NCBI GenBank assembly: GCA_020348985.1
Contig: CP070761.1
Location: forward strand, 3,093,243-3,157,242
Reading direction: 5' to 3'
Length of the DNA: 64,000 nt
Origin: Candidatus Thorarchaeota archaeon
GTDB taxonomy: Archaea; Asgardarchaeota; Thorarchaeia; Thorarchaeales; Thorarchaeaceae
The notes beneath the pieces were generated by a model that saw nothing but the letters and a program-made list of their open reading frames with translations, had not been told where the DNA came from and did no database searches. The first letter of the stretch is position 1, and the number at the start of each line of letters is the position of its first letter. Positions 1 to 9,672 of this stretch are shown here, one piece after another. A program made the position numbers and the translations under genes.

Positions 1-69
1 GCTAGAATGATTCACAAAGAGGAAAGAGGAGTTGACGGCATTTCAACCATCAACCCCAGCAAGACAGTC

Positions 70-729
70 CTACTTCATCGATTTGACCCAATCGTATACA
101 GGTGCACAAAGCTCCTTCATTCGCTCCTTCTCTGGGTTCATTGGACTTGGTTCCCAACCGTCATCAGGCTCAAACCACCAGTCAGTCACTGTACCCCGGC
201 GGTCCTCTTTTGGTGCCCAAACTACCTTGACAGGCATTCCAAATTCAGCATTCCAAGGATCAATGCCTCGCAGTTCATTTGCAATAGCTGTCTTGCAGCC
301 ATCAACGACGACATAAGCTAACACGAACGGGAGTCTCTTGAGAGACGACTTCCCACTCCATCCAGCTATAGTAAAGGTATGAACAATTCCTTCTCCCTTG
401 AGCTTGATCCACTCCGACTTTGCCAGATTGCATTCCACATCCCAGCAGTTCACTCGGGGCGGGAAGAACTTGTCACCACAGTTCGGACACTGAGTTGCCC
501 AGAATTCGCCATCAAGAAAGCCTTTGCCCATCTTGGATATTTCAGCTAGTTTCCAATAGTAAAGTTGGTCGTAGTGAAGATAGACTTTGAATTGCTCCTC
601 GTCAGCATCCCAATCATACCCAGCGAAGTGAAATCCGATTTCTTTGACATCCCCGCGGAAATCGTCTTTGTGGCTGTCTGAGAACTTGACCTCATCGGGT
701 ATCCTATGCATTCGCTTGTCATCACCCAT
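70..729 (-). CDS. DUF35 Zn-ribbon/OB-fold protein (thiolase partner) with N-terminal extension
   Basis: CPNCG..FFPPRVNC Zn ribbon, then GIVHTFT..LPFVLAYV..GMPVKVVW OB fold; 3 bp downstream of the thiolase gene. Confidence 0.9.
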   Translation of the reverse strand: MGDDKRMHRIPDEVKFSDSHKDDFRGDVKEIGFHFAGYDWDADEEQFKVYLHYDQLYYWKLAEISKMGKGFLDGEFWATQCPNCGDKFFPPRVNCWDVECNLAKSEWIKLKGEGIVHTFTIAGWSGKSSLKRLPFVLAYVVVDGCKTAIANELRGIDPWNAEFGMPVKVVWAPKEDRRGTVTDWWFEPDDGWEPSPMNPEKERMKELCAPVYDWVKSMK

Positions 730-732
730 TCT

Positions 733-2007
733 CTATGGCCTCCTCAAAATGAAGTTCGAAATACTAGTCCCAGTTCCTGCATGACTGTTGACTAGACCGG
801 TCTGCGCGTCCGGCACATAGGTTCGTGCACTCAGATGTTTCTTTGGAGTCATATCAGTTAGGTGGTAGTAGGTTTCGATTGCAGACATGAGCCCTGTCGC
901 ACCTACTGGATGTCCGTAGCCCATAAGACCCCCACCAGGATTGGCAGGCAAATCTCCACCGCCATCACTTTCTAGGAAAGTTCTCTTTTCACGAATGAAC
1001 TCCTTGATGTTGTCCTTGTCACACCAGTGGAGAGCTTTGTATATCTGAGTCTCGGAGCTACTGAATGCATCGTGAATTTCTGCGACGTCTATCTCCTTCA
1101 CTGCTCTTTTGTACTCGATACCAGCCATGTCATATGCATCCTCGCCAGATTTCCTACACGCAGCAAACTCGGTCATGTCTGGATATCCTTCGCCGTAGAG
1201 CTTTGTCCATCCAGGGAAGTGCAATCTGTCTCCAGCTCTGATGGTGCAGCTGCTTAATCCTGCTCCGTCTATGACCACGTACCTACCATCTGCATGCTTC
1301 TTGGCCCACTCTTCAGAGGTGACCAATGTGAAAGCACCACCACGGCTCATGAGGCAGCAATCGTATCTCTTCAGAGGATAGCTTATCAACCGGCTGTTCA
1401 TAATGTCATCCACAGTCAGAGGCCGACCGTACTTCTTGTATTCGCCTCTATACCACTGAGTCTTTGCGTTGTTCGCGGCGTTGTTCCTATTCTTCAGGGC
1501 AGCTAGAGCAAAATCCTCCTCTGTGAGGTCATGCTCCTTCATGAATTTGTAAGCCATCGCTGCGTAGTATATGGGGTATATCCCACCAGCGAGTGCCTCG
1601 TATCGAGTGTCAGATGCCAGGGCGATAAACTCGGATCCTTGTGACTGTGTCACATTATCCATTGTTTCCCAACCTGCGACACCTACCACATCGAAGAGAC
1701 CGGACTTCACTGCAAGAAACGCACCATAAAGAGCGGAACCCCCAGTATTCCCTCCGTTCTCAATTCGCACATGTGGAAGACCAACAAGCCCCAGATGGTC
1801 GTGAACAATCCATTCTGGAGTGAGTTGCTTCCCAAAGTGCACTGAGAAGTGACTATAAACCATGAACTGAAGGTCACGAAGATGAAAATCAGGAATGTCG
1901 CCCTGTGTTTCCACAACGCAATTGGCGATCATCGCTTCAGGTGTGATATGCATGGGATAGTCAAAGGGTGTGGCAGCACCGCCCGCTATACACACTCTTC
2001 TCGTCAT
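733..2007 (-). CDS. SCP2/SCP-x-type thiolase-fold protein lacking the nucleophilic Cys
   Basis: EIHDAF and NPGGGLMGYGHPVGATG motifs; RIENGGNTGG where E-x-A-C-A-S-G is expected. Confidence 0.9.
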   Translation of the reverse strand: MTRRVCIAGGAATPFDYPMHITPEAMIANCVVETQGDIPDFHLRDLQFMVYSHFSVHFGKQLTPEWIVHDHLGLVGLPHVRIENGGNTGGSALYGAFLAVKSGLFDVVGVAGWETMDNVTQSQGSEFIALASDTRYEALAGGIYPIYYAAMAYKFMKEHDLTEEDFALAALKNRNNAANNAKTQWYRGEYKKYGRPLTVDDIMNSRLISYPLKRYDCCLMSRGGAFTLVTSEEWAKKHADGRYVVIDGAGLSSCTIRAGDRLHFPGWTKLYGEGYPDMTEFAACRKSGEDAYDMAGIEYKRAVKEIDVAEIHDAFSSSETQIYKALHWCDKDNIKEFIREKRTFLESDGGGDLPANPGGGLMGYGHPVGATGLMSAIETYYHLTDMTPKKHLSARTYVPDAQTGLVNSHAGTGTSISNFILRRP

Positions 2008-2098
2008 AATAGATCTCTCTAATCAAGTGGTTTACTCTGACGAGGGGGCCCCTCTTGACGCTACTTATGTTCTTCGGGTGACAGTTGATTCAGTCTGT

Positions 2099-2770
2099 TC
2101 AATTCCTTCTGATTAACAATTCTCGCCGGAGCAAAACCAATACAACTGCCAATGACCCAATCAAACTACTCATGTGCAAGACGATGCTTAGGTTTGGATG
2201 CGGTCTACGGGAGATCTCCTGGTAGAATGCATCCGTATCCCTTTGGAATACGACCATCATGACTTCGTAAGAAAGGACGTTTAGCATTCCATCAGTCTTG
2301 GAGTATTCAACATCTCCCCTGTTAAGATGACCTAGGGCATGTGAACTCTCCCAGGAAAAGCCCCAGAATTCAGGCGTATCATTCACCCCTTCCGTCCTGA
2401 TCCTAGTGAAGACCTCAGTGATAAGAGTCCAGTTACCGACTGGAAGAATCCAACTGGGCAAGAGATTAGAAATCAGCATTCCATGAAAGGACGGGTCAAA
2501 CTCTGTACCATTCTTCCAGAAGTACTGAATCTCCAGCGACAAAATCTCGGTATCCCATGATTGGTCTGCAAGATTCTCTAGATCGGAGACTATGACGTAG
2601 AACTCCTCCTCCAAAACTGTGGTCCCATCTGCCTCCATTGAGATTGTGTAGTCAGCCCGAGAACCCACGCTAACTCCCCACTTGAGTCCATGAGTGTCGG
2701 CTTCCACTGGAAACACGAATATGGAACACAGTATGAGCACCAAAAATACCGATTTCGAATTCATGTCCAC
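2099..2770 (-). CDS. Secreted, C-terminally membrane-anchored hypothetical protein
   Basis: Signal-peptide-like N-terminus, GLKWGVSVG start of mature part, C-terminal hydrophobic helix followed by RR. Confidence 0.8.
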   Translation of the reverse strand: MDMNSKSVFLVLILCSIFVFPVEADTHGLKWGVSVGSRADYTISMEADGTTVLEEEFYVIVSDLENLADQSWDTEILSLEIQYFWKNGTEFDPSFHGMLISNLLPSWILPVGNWTLITEVFTRIRTEGVNDTPEFWGFSWESSHALGHLNRGDVEYSKTDGMLNVLSYEVMMVVFQRDTDAFYQEISRRPHPNLSIVLHMSSLIGSLAVVLVLLRRELLIRRN

Positions 2771-2933
2771 CCGCTCTAGTTCCTCTTAGCAAACCTCCTT
2801 CTCTGAACAGAGACAAAGAGCTAACATGTAGATAACACTTTTGTCGTTTTTCGACGGACAAACGCTTTGGTAAGAAGATGATGCTTCAACACAACCCTCC
2901 CAGCTTAAATCGAAGTGGTCTCTACAATGTTAG

Positions 2934-3545
2934 GTGGCGAAAGTTGTGATTGCTGAGTTGAATATCGTTCTGTTACTAGCCTTTGTTTTGATAATGTCGT
3001 ACTTCTATGTGAAGAGTGTAGGACCGGCCGCTCTTGAACAGGAGATCGGTGAAGTGGCTTACAAGAAATGTGAGCAATATAGGGTGATTGCAAGCATTCC
3101 GTTCTATCTTATAGTACTCAATTACTTAGTCTACTTCCTTTATCCACTCTCAATTCCTCTACCGAGGCACTTCCCGTGGGACTATAATCTGACAGCAACA
3201 GCAGCGACCGCGATTCTGATTCCCAGTCTCTACCTAATGCTCCGTGGTGTCAAAGATGCAGGGAGGGAAACAATATCGCCACGGAAGGAGCATTCTCTCT
3301 ACGGCGGTATATATGAAACAATCAGACACCCCCAGGCCCTAGGAGAAGTCTGGCTCTATCTTGTCATTGCGCTCTTTCTCAACTCCCCATTCCTCACACT
3401 GTTCTCCTTGATCTTCTTCCCGTTGTTCTATTACTTCTCACTCAAAGAAGAAGACGATCTCGTTATTCGATATGGCCAAACCTATGTTGACTACAAAGAG
3501 AAAACGGGGATGTTCCTACCAAAGCGAAAAACAGAAACTGACTAG
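2934..3545 (+). CDS. Isoprenylcysteine/phospholipid methyltransferase (ICMT/PEMT) family membrane protein
   Basis: Several TM helices; GIYETIRHPQ and EE..L..RYG..Y..Y..KTGMFLP motifs. Confidence 0.85.
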   Translation: MAKVVIAELNIVLLLAFVLIMSYFYVKSVGPAALEQEIGEVAYKKCEQYRVIASIPFYLIVLNYLVYFLYPLSIPLPRHFPWDYNLTATAATAILIPSLYLMLRGVKDAGRETISPRKEHSLYGGIYETIRHPQALGEVWLYLVIALFLNSPFLTLFSLIFFPLFYYFSLKEEDDLVIRYGQTYVDYKEKTGMFLPKRKTETD

Positions 3546-3606
3546 CGAAGAGGAACCGCTATTCTTAAGTTGCACCGACTCTTCGTCAGATGTTTGGTGA
3601 TGTGTT

Positions 3607-3960
3607 ATGGTCTATTGCGAACATTGTGGTGCACAGAGCGATGACAGCATGAACTACTGTGGCAACTGTGGGGCTGAGCTCCGTAAGCCACCCCCACCTG
3701 CGGCAGTCTCACCGCCGTCTACACCCGACAGGCAACGCCGACTCCAAAGGAGACCTGAGAATGAGTGTTTTGGAGTTCCAGGAGGAGGTGTGATCTGCTG
3801 GTCACTAGTCGGCATCGTAATGATCACATCCGCTATTGGGTGGATGATCGGGATGGATTTCACGTCATTTTGGAACAACTATTTCGGCGCAATAATCGTT
3901 GCTACTATTGGATTCATGATAATCGCAGGCTCCATTATCGACTATCGACGCCGTCACTGA
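3607..3960 (+). CDS. Zinc-ribbon protein with two C-terminal TM helices
   Basis: CEHCG..CGNCG ribbon, Pro-rich linker, ECFG motif, two hydrophobic segments. Confidence 0.8.
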   Translation: MVYCEHCGAQSDDSMNYCGNCGAELRKPPPPAAVSPPSTPDRQRRLQRRPENECFGVPGGGVICWSLVGIVMITSAIGWMIGMDFTSFWNNYFGAIIVATIGFMIIAGSIIDYRRRH

Positions 3961-4015
3961 AGATTTGTGACTGAAGCATAATCCCCGAATCCTAACCGAG
4001 TTGATATCATAGAAT

Positions 4016-5440
4016 CTAGAAGTATCCTCGGAGCAATGCAAGGACACCTTGGCGTGCCATGTATCTGTAGGCCTTTCTCTTTATCATGTTACTCGAGAAA
4101 ACGCCCATGATTCGTCTCTTCATAGACCCATAGAAGCTTCGATAGCAACTGTAGAGCTCCTCTTGCACTTCATCACAGGTAAGATACTCGGTGGGCATTA
4201 TCGCGTGTATCATATCGTAGTGAGCCCAGTTGGTGTCCTCAATCCAGTTGTTTTGAACGGCTTCTTCGTAGAGCTCTGTACCTGGAAAAGGAGTGAGTGT
4301 CATGAAAATGGCTATGTCAGGGTCAATATCGTTCACCCACGCGCGAAGTCCGTTTAGCGATTCGTGTGATTCGTGACGCGCACCGATGATTAGCGTGGCT
4401 TGCGCGAAGATGTCATTCTCTCTTAGTAGTTGCATGGCCTTTTTCGATACGGAAGGCTCTATTCTCTTATTGAACGATTTTAGAGTCTCCGGATTGTGGC
4501 TCTCTACACCTGCGAGAATCCACATATTGCCTGACTCCCTCATTTTTGAAAGAAGAGCTTGGTTCCTCACGATGTCATCGCATCGAGCTTGCATGAACCA
4601 CATAATGTCCTCGGCAATGCCCCGGCCGATAATTTCATCGCACAGCTCGTGTGTTCGAGACCCAAGTCCGAAGTTGTCATCGGTAAGCCAGAAGAACTTC
4701 GTTCCGTACCTATTGTGGCAGAACTCAAACTCGTCGGCGATGCGCTTTGGTGACTTGGACCTCCATGTTCCCTTCCAGAAACTGGCCTGAGAGCAGAACC
4801 TACATTTGTGTGGGCATCCTCTTGAGCCCTCTATCAGCGCAAATGGTGTGTTTGCACCAGCCATCATCGTAAAGTGATACTTCTTCATGTGTTCTTCCAC
4901 GAAATCATAGCCAGGAAATGGCAATTGGTCTAGATTATGAAGCGGTGCGCGATCGGCAGTAGCCACAATGCTTCCATAGTTTCTATAGGTGATTCCGAGG
5001 ACATCTGAAAGATTCATCCTTCCTTCTAAAGCCCTAATCACTTCGGTGAGCGTAACCTCTCCCTCACCCCTAACAACAATGTCAATCTCTGGATATGCTT
5101 CAAGGGCTTCCCTTGCGAGCGCCGTATAGTGTTGACCTCCAACAATTGTAATGATCTCAGGATCCACGCTCTTCGCGGTCCAAACAGTACGCAGGCCAGC
5201 ATACGCATTGCAGGTTGCCAGTGCACTTGGTGCCACAACATCGGGACGAAATGAGTCAATCCGTTTCTCTATTCCATACCATCCAATACTCTCAGATTGG
5301 CAATCCAGAACTTCTATCTCCAGCTCCTGGTCTTGCGAATAGAGATAGGCTGCCAGATTGAGTATTCCAAGAGGAGGAGGGAGATACTCACCCATCACAA
5401 ACCAGAATTCCTTTGGTGGTTCGACAAACAGGATTCTCAT
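4016..5440 (-). CDS. Cobalamin-binding radical SAM protein
   Basis: PPLGILNLAA and GGQH B12-domain motifs; SRGCPHKCRFC radical SAM motif. Confidence 0.93.
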   Translation of the reverse strand: MRILFVEPPKEFWFVMGEYLPPPLGILNLAAYLYSQDQELEIEVLDCQSESIGWYGIEKRIDSFRPDVVAPSALATCNAYAGLRTVWTAKSVDPEIITIVGGQHYTALAREALEAYPEIDIVVRGEGEVTLTEVIRALEGRMNLSDVLGITYRNYGSIVATADRAPLHNLDQLPFPGYDFVEEHMKKYHFTMMAGANTPFALIEGSRGCPHKCRFCSQASFWKGTWRSKSPKRIADEFEFCHNRYGTKFFWLTDDNFGLGSRTHELCDEIIGRGIAEDIMWFMQARCDDIVRNQALLSKMRESGNMWILAGVESHNPETLKSFNKRIEPSVSKKAMQLLRENDIFAQATLIIGARHESHESLNGLRAWVNDIDPDIAIFMTLTPFPGTELYEEAVQNNWIEDTNWAHYDMIHAIMPTEYLTCDEVQEELYSCYRSFYGSMKRRIMGVFSSNMIKRKAYRYMARQGVLALLRGYF

Positions 5441-5847
5441 TCCACACCCTCAGCTGCAAAAGAGAGCGATTTGTGGGCGAAGCAAATCGTAGGGAGGCGT
5501 TAACGCCTACTTAACAACTTCGACAAGATGAGGGCTTAAGGATAGATCTGGATGTCCGAAATGTTATTGGATTCTGCATAGGCTCGAGCATCGTCTTCAT
5601 ATTGACACACTTGGGTCACACCAAACTAGGGAAGTAGCATGGCACCTTCTTGTTCTATCTCAATCATGGGTCGTGCAATCTTCGGATGATTTCTACGCAT
5701 AGCCTTTCTTCATCCGATATTTCCATGGCTTCTTCTCAGTTGCACTTTCTTTGAGATTTTCACAGACAGATTTCAACGTTAGATGTGTGGTTTTGTACTC
5801 GCACTAAACCGAAAACATGGTTTGTGTAACACACCGAGTTCGTTAGA

Positions 5848-5982
5848 TTTATATGCAAGAGAAACTATCATCTCTCAGTCAAGGCTCAATGTCTTGATGT
5901 CAAACGTGGTTGTTTAGGGCCAGGGGCCCAATCTGAATTCGACTCGGCACCATATCTACAGATATAGTGCCAACCAGGTGAT
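5848..5982 (+). promoter_or_regulatory. TATA box followed by a structured ~105-nt 5' leader
   Basis: TTTATAT at 5848-5854; four stem-loops; AGGTGA SD-like site just before the start codon. Confidence 0.45.
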
Positions 5983-6930
5983 GTGATAATGAAAGTGGTA
6001 TATCGGAACTACGAGCCAGATCAGGGACTTGATGAGATACAAGCCGAAATCTATACTTCTATGTCAGGACTACCCGCCAGAGCGGATCAAATCAGAGGCC
6101 GTAATACAAGCAGAGCTCCGGAAATGACTCGCTATGCATTTACGGAAGATGGTAAACCTCTGGCATTCATTACCGCCCGGGACTCAACATCAGACACAGG
6201 AAGGACCTACATTGGGTATCCTTGGGCTTTTCCGGAGTGTCCCGAGGAAGTGCGGGAGAAACTCTTCAGCGAGCACATGAAATTCCTGAAGGAGAGAGAG
6301 GAAACCAAGGAAATCGGAGTAACGGTAGTTAGTACCTGCAAGATTGCAGAGCAACAGCTCACCTACTTGCAGGGCAAGGGTTTCACAGAAGAAGACCGCT
6401 TTTACTACTTCGACAAGGATTTGGACGTTAGAGAGGTAAGTAAGTGGAAACTCTCCAAGAATGCGGCATCTTATGAAAGCCGATTGGCCAATCAGAAGGA
6501 TATTGATACTCTTATCGAGTTGAGTATGTCAGACCCGTATTTGAAGAATGCATTTCCAAGTGAAGAGGCGTCAAGGATCTACTTCGAAGAGAGAGTTCTC
6601 AAAGAGGGGCATGCAATGCTAATCTTCAATGGCGACAAGCCAGTTGCGGCAGGTGCCTTGTTGCGAATGCAGCCGAATGGTTTGTTCCTCAGGGGCGACG
6701 AAGAGAGAATCGTAATGAGGTTCACGGCCAACAATCCAGAATACTCTGATGCATGGAATAGGCTTGTGTACGAGCTGGCCAAGGAGGCCAAGGCTGCAGG
6801 ATGGTCTGAAGTGCCGCTTAGAGTCAGTTTCTACTTCCGCACTAGAGATCCTAACGCGGCCCGAATGTCAGGTTTGCAAGAGGAAATCGTCGAGTTCGAG
6901 AAAATCTTAGTCTATCAAGGGCAGAAGTGA
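5983..6930 (+). CDS. Hypothetical protein, probable tandem GNAT fold
   Basis: Long ORF with GNAT-like pattern (YRNYEP..; YLQGKGFTE; RLANQKDI); weak family signal. Confidence 0.6.
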   Translation: MIMKVVYRNYEPDQGLDEIQAEIYTSMSGLPARADQIRGRNTSRAPEMTRYAFTEDGKPLAFITARDSTSDTGRTYIGYPWAFPECPEEVREKLFSEHMKFLKEREETKEIGVTVVSTCKIAEQQLTYLQGKGFTEEDRFYYFDKDLDVREVSKWKLSKNAASYESRLANQKDIDTLIELSMSDPYLKNAFPSEEASRIYFEERVLKEGHAMLIFNGDKPVAAGALLRMQPNGLFLRGDEERIVMRFTANNPEYSDAWNRLVYELAKEAKAAGWSEVPLRVSFYFRTRDPNAARMSGLQEEIVEFEKILVYQGQK

Positions 6931-6949
6931 ACTCATAGTCTTCCAGGAG

Positions 6950-7588
6950 GTGCTTCAAATCATGGCAAAGCCGGCGGAGAAGAGTGTGATTGGGATAGTG
7001 GGAAGCCCACGTGTACGTGGTAATACGGATCTTCTCGTTGAAGAGATTCTGGCAGGGGCGGCAGAAGCTGGAGCAGAAACGGAAAAGATCATTCTGATTG
7101 ACCATTCCATTGCCGCATGCAAGGCATGCAATGCCTGCAGAACGACTGGGAGCTGTGCTCATGATGATGACATGAGCTCAATATTGGATCGAATGGACAA
7201 GAGCAACGTATGGGTTCTGGGAACTCCGATCTATTGGTGGGGACCAACAGCCCAATTCAAGACATTTATTGATCGATGGTACGGCGCAAAACACCCGCGA
7301 TTCCAGGAGAAACGTGTTATCCTCGCGATACCTTTGGGTGGGGGGCATGAGCGTTACGCCCGACACGTAGTTGGAATGCTGCAGGACACAATGAACTATC
7401 TTGGGATGGAACATCACGGGACTATACTTGCACCGGGTATGAACAATAAGGGTGAGGTCCAAGAACATGTTAAGCTGATGGCCGAGGCACGTCGTCTTGG
7501 TCGTTCAGCATTTGATTCTGACGAGGTAGGTCTCCCAACTACAGAGCTGACTGCAGATTCAGGTCTGTCAGCAAACGACGTTCACTAG
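6950..7588 (+). CDS. Flavodoxin-family iron-sulfur flavoprotein
   Basis: GSPRVRGNT FMN loop, CKACNAC..C cluster motif, GTPIYW, KTFIDR. Confidence 0.92.
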   Translation: MLQIMAKPAEKSVIGIVGSPRVRGNTDLLVEEILAGAAEAGAETEKIILIDHSIAACKACNACRTTGSCAHDDDMSSILDRMDKSNVWVLGTPIYWWGPTAQFKTFIDRWYGAKHPRFQEKRVILAIPLGGGHERYARHVVGMLQDTMNYLGMEHHGTILAPGMNNKGEVQEHVKLMAEARRLGRSAFDSDEVGLPTTELTADSGLSANDVH

Positions 7589-7730
7589 AGTCATTTTGGA
7601 TTGATACTAGAAAGGTTTCCAGTCTTCGTGTTGGACCAGCTATCAGTTCTATTCAATCCCTGTAGCTGCCTTCTCTATATTTCCCATCTAATGAACCGTT
7701 CACTCTAAAAAGGGAATCAAGAAAGAGAAC

Positions 7731-9434
7731 TTGATTCAAGAGCCATGCGCTGACAATATATATCATCTACAGGTCCTCAGGATTCTGAGCGCCCGGACTT
7801 TGAGTCAAGATGGAGGGCCCACCATGCAGGGAGAGAGAGACCCCTCACATGAACGTAAAGTGTTCCGCCTCTTGGCAGAGGCTGCGCTTAGGCCAAGCTG
7901 CACGCGGGATGTGTGCCATCAAGTCTTGGATGGAATGGTAACATCAATGGAATTTGATTTTGGGACACTACGGTTCTACGACGAGAACACTGAAGTCCTC
8001 AATTTGCAGGCAGTAGTTGGTCTTGAAATGGACTCTGTGTCCAAAACCGTCCGACTTGATGACAAGGATCATTTGGGGGCCAGGGTATCCAGAACAAAAA
8101 TCCCAATCTTCGCTTCTGACGTGAGCAAGATGCCCGAACTCGACGCGAGGAGAGACATCCTCGATTCATTGGAGGTGAGGTCTCTAATCTTCTGGCCGAT
8201 TGTGGGGAGCCTAGGCGATTTGCTGGGAGTTCTCAATATCGCATCTAGATCTCCGAAGAATCTATCGGATCAAGATCGAGGATACTTTGAAACAGTCGCA
8301 CGGATGTTCGCTGCAGTTCTTGAGAGGCATCGAGCAATTGAAGCGCTACAAAGCAGCGAGGAGAGTTATCGCTTACTTGCTGAAGCGTCGAAGGACGTCA
8401 TTTGGACAGTTGACATGAATCTGCAATTCACGTATCTTAGTCCATCAATCACGCACCTTGTAGGGTATACGCCTGAAGAAGCATTGGCCACACCAATGAC
8501 AGAATTGATGACGCCGAAATCGCTAAAGCACATTCAGGATGCAATGACAGAAGCTATTGAGTTGGAGTCCCGCTTTGGCAAAGATGGGTATGATTCGCCA
8601 CCTTTGGAAGTCCAGATGTTGAAGAAAGATGGTTCAACAGTCTGGGTTGAGATATCAAGGACATTCCTTCGAGATGAGAATGATCGCCCTATCGGTGTTC
8701 TCGGCGTCGCAAGGGACGTTACGAGAAGGAAATTCGTCGAGATGGAATTGAAAAGAGAGAAGGGCAGAGCAGAGTTTTACAACGACCTTCTAGCACACGA
8801 TCTAGCGAATATCCAACAAGGAATAATGGCAAGTCTCGAGCTTCTATTTGAGGAGGCAATGCCAAAGCACTTGGAACGCTTCGTGTCAAGCGCCCTTTCA
8901 TTAACCAAACGGGGAGTCAAGTTGACGTCGAACGTGAAGAAGCTGGCCATGTTGTCTAGAGAGGAGGCTCAGCTACACAAACTCAATTTTGGAGCCCAAG
9001 TCTCGGCAGCAGCTGACATGGTATTGGAGTCGTTTCCCGAGAAGAGAGTGGATATTCGATTCCACTCTGCTTCTGACAACCTTTACGTAATGGCTGACGA
9101 GTTCCTAGTCGATGTCTTCTACAACCTACTTCACAATTCCGTTAGGCTTGACAATGGATCACCTGTAGTTGTCGAAATACGAGCCAGCAACCCAGATGAG
9201 CGCGGCCTGATTACTATTGAAGTCGAAGACAGAGGACCTGGGATTCGAGATGCACTCAAAGAATCTGTCTTTGCTCGTATAGGCGAGGAGGAGAGGAGAG
9301 GGAGAGGACTAGGTCTGACTCTAGTGAAGCAGATTATCGAGCGGTACAAAGGAATGATTGCAATAGAAGACAGGGTCAAAGATGATTACACCCAAGGCAC
9401 AAGATTCGTTATCTCCTTGCCTAGCGCTCCTTGA
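7731..9434 (+). CDS. Cytoplasmic GAF-PAS sensor histidine kinase (true start probably ATG ~7823, MQGERD)
   Basis: GAF (LGVLNIAS), PAS (YLSPS..GY..EE, KDGS.VWV), H-box HDLAN, NLLHNS, DRGPGI, GRGLGL. Confidence 0.92.
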   Translation: MIQEPCADNIYHLQVLRILSARTLSQDGGPTMQGERDPSHERKVFRLLAEAALRPSCTRDVCHQVLDGMVTSMEFDFGTLRFYDENTEVLNLQAVVGLEMDSVSKTVRLDDKDHLGARVSRTKIPIFASDVSKMPELDARRDILDSLEVRSLIFWPIVGSLGDLLGVLNIASRSPKNLSDQDRGYFETVARMFAAVLERHRAIEALQSSEESYRLLAEASKDVIWTVDMNLQFTYLSPSITHLVGYTPEEALATPMTELMTPKSLKHIQDAMTEAIELESRFGKDGYDSPPLEVQMLKKDGSTVWVEISRTFLRDENDRPIGVLGVARDVTRRKFVEMELKREKGRAEFYNDLLAHDLANIQQGIMASLELLFEEAMPKHLERFVSSALSLTKRGVKLTSNVKKLAMLSREEAQLHKLNFGAQVSAAADMVLESFPEKRVDIRFHSASDNLYVMADEFLVDVFYNLLHNSVRLDNGSPVVVEIRASNPDERGLITIEVEDRGPGIRDALKESVFARIGEEERRGRGLGLTLVKQIIERYKGMIAIEDRVKDDYTQGTRFVISLPSAP

Positions 9435-9644
9435 TCTATATAGCAATCAGTCTTCAGTACATTGGCGCCCACTGTTTTATATCATAAATGTATCCGGCTT
9501 CGCGCCGGGAACCACGAAGCCGGTAGTGAGGAAGAGAAAGTGATTTGCTATCTTAAGTAGAGTCGTGAACTGAATTCGATCTCTTCTTCACAAATCAGTT
9601 CACCGCAAATGATTATCAGCAAGATATTAGTATAAAACAGCATT

Positions 9645-9666
9645 TCAACGCAAGAAGTTGCGTTGA
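9645..9666. terminator. Perfect 9-bp hairpin between convergent genes
   Basis: TCAACGCAA-GAAG-TTGCGTTGA, 6 bp beyond the stop of 9673..10824. Confidence 0.5.
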
Positions 9667-9672
9667 CCGAAG

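Noticed and set aside
5530-5730. Possible decayed minus-strand ORF (MEISDEERLCVEIIRRLHDP*)
   Set aside because: Fragments are too short and resemble no family I know
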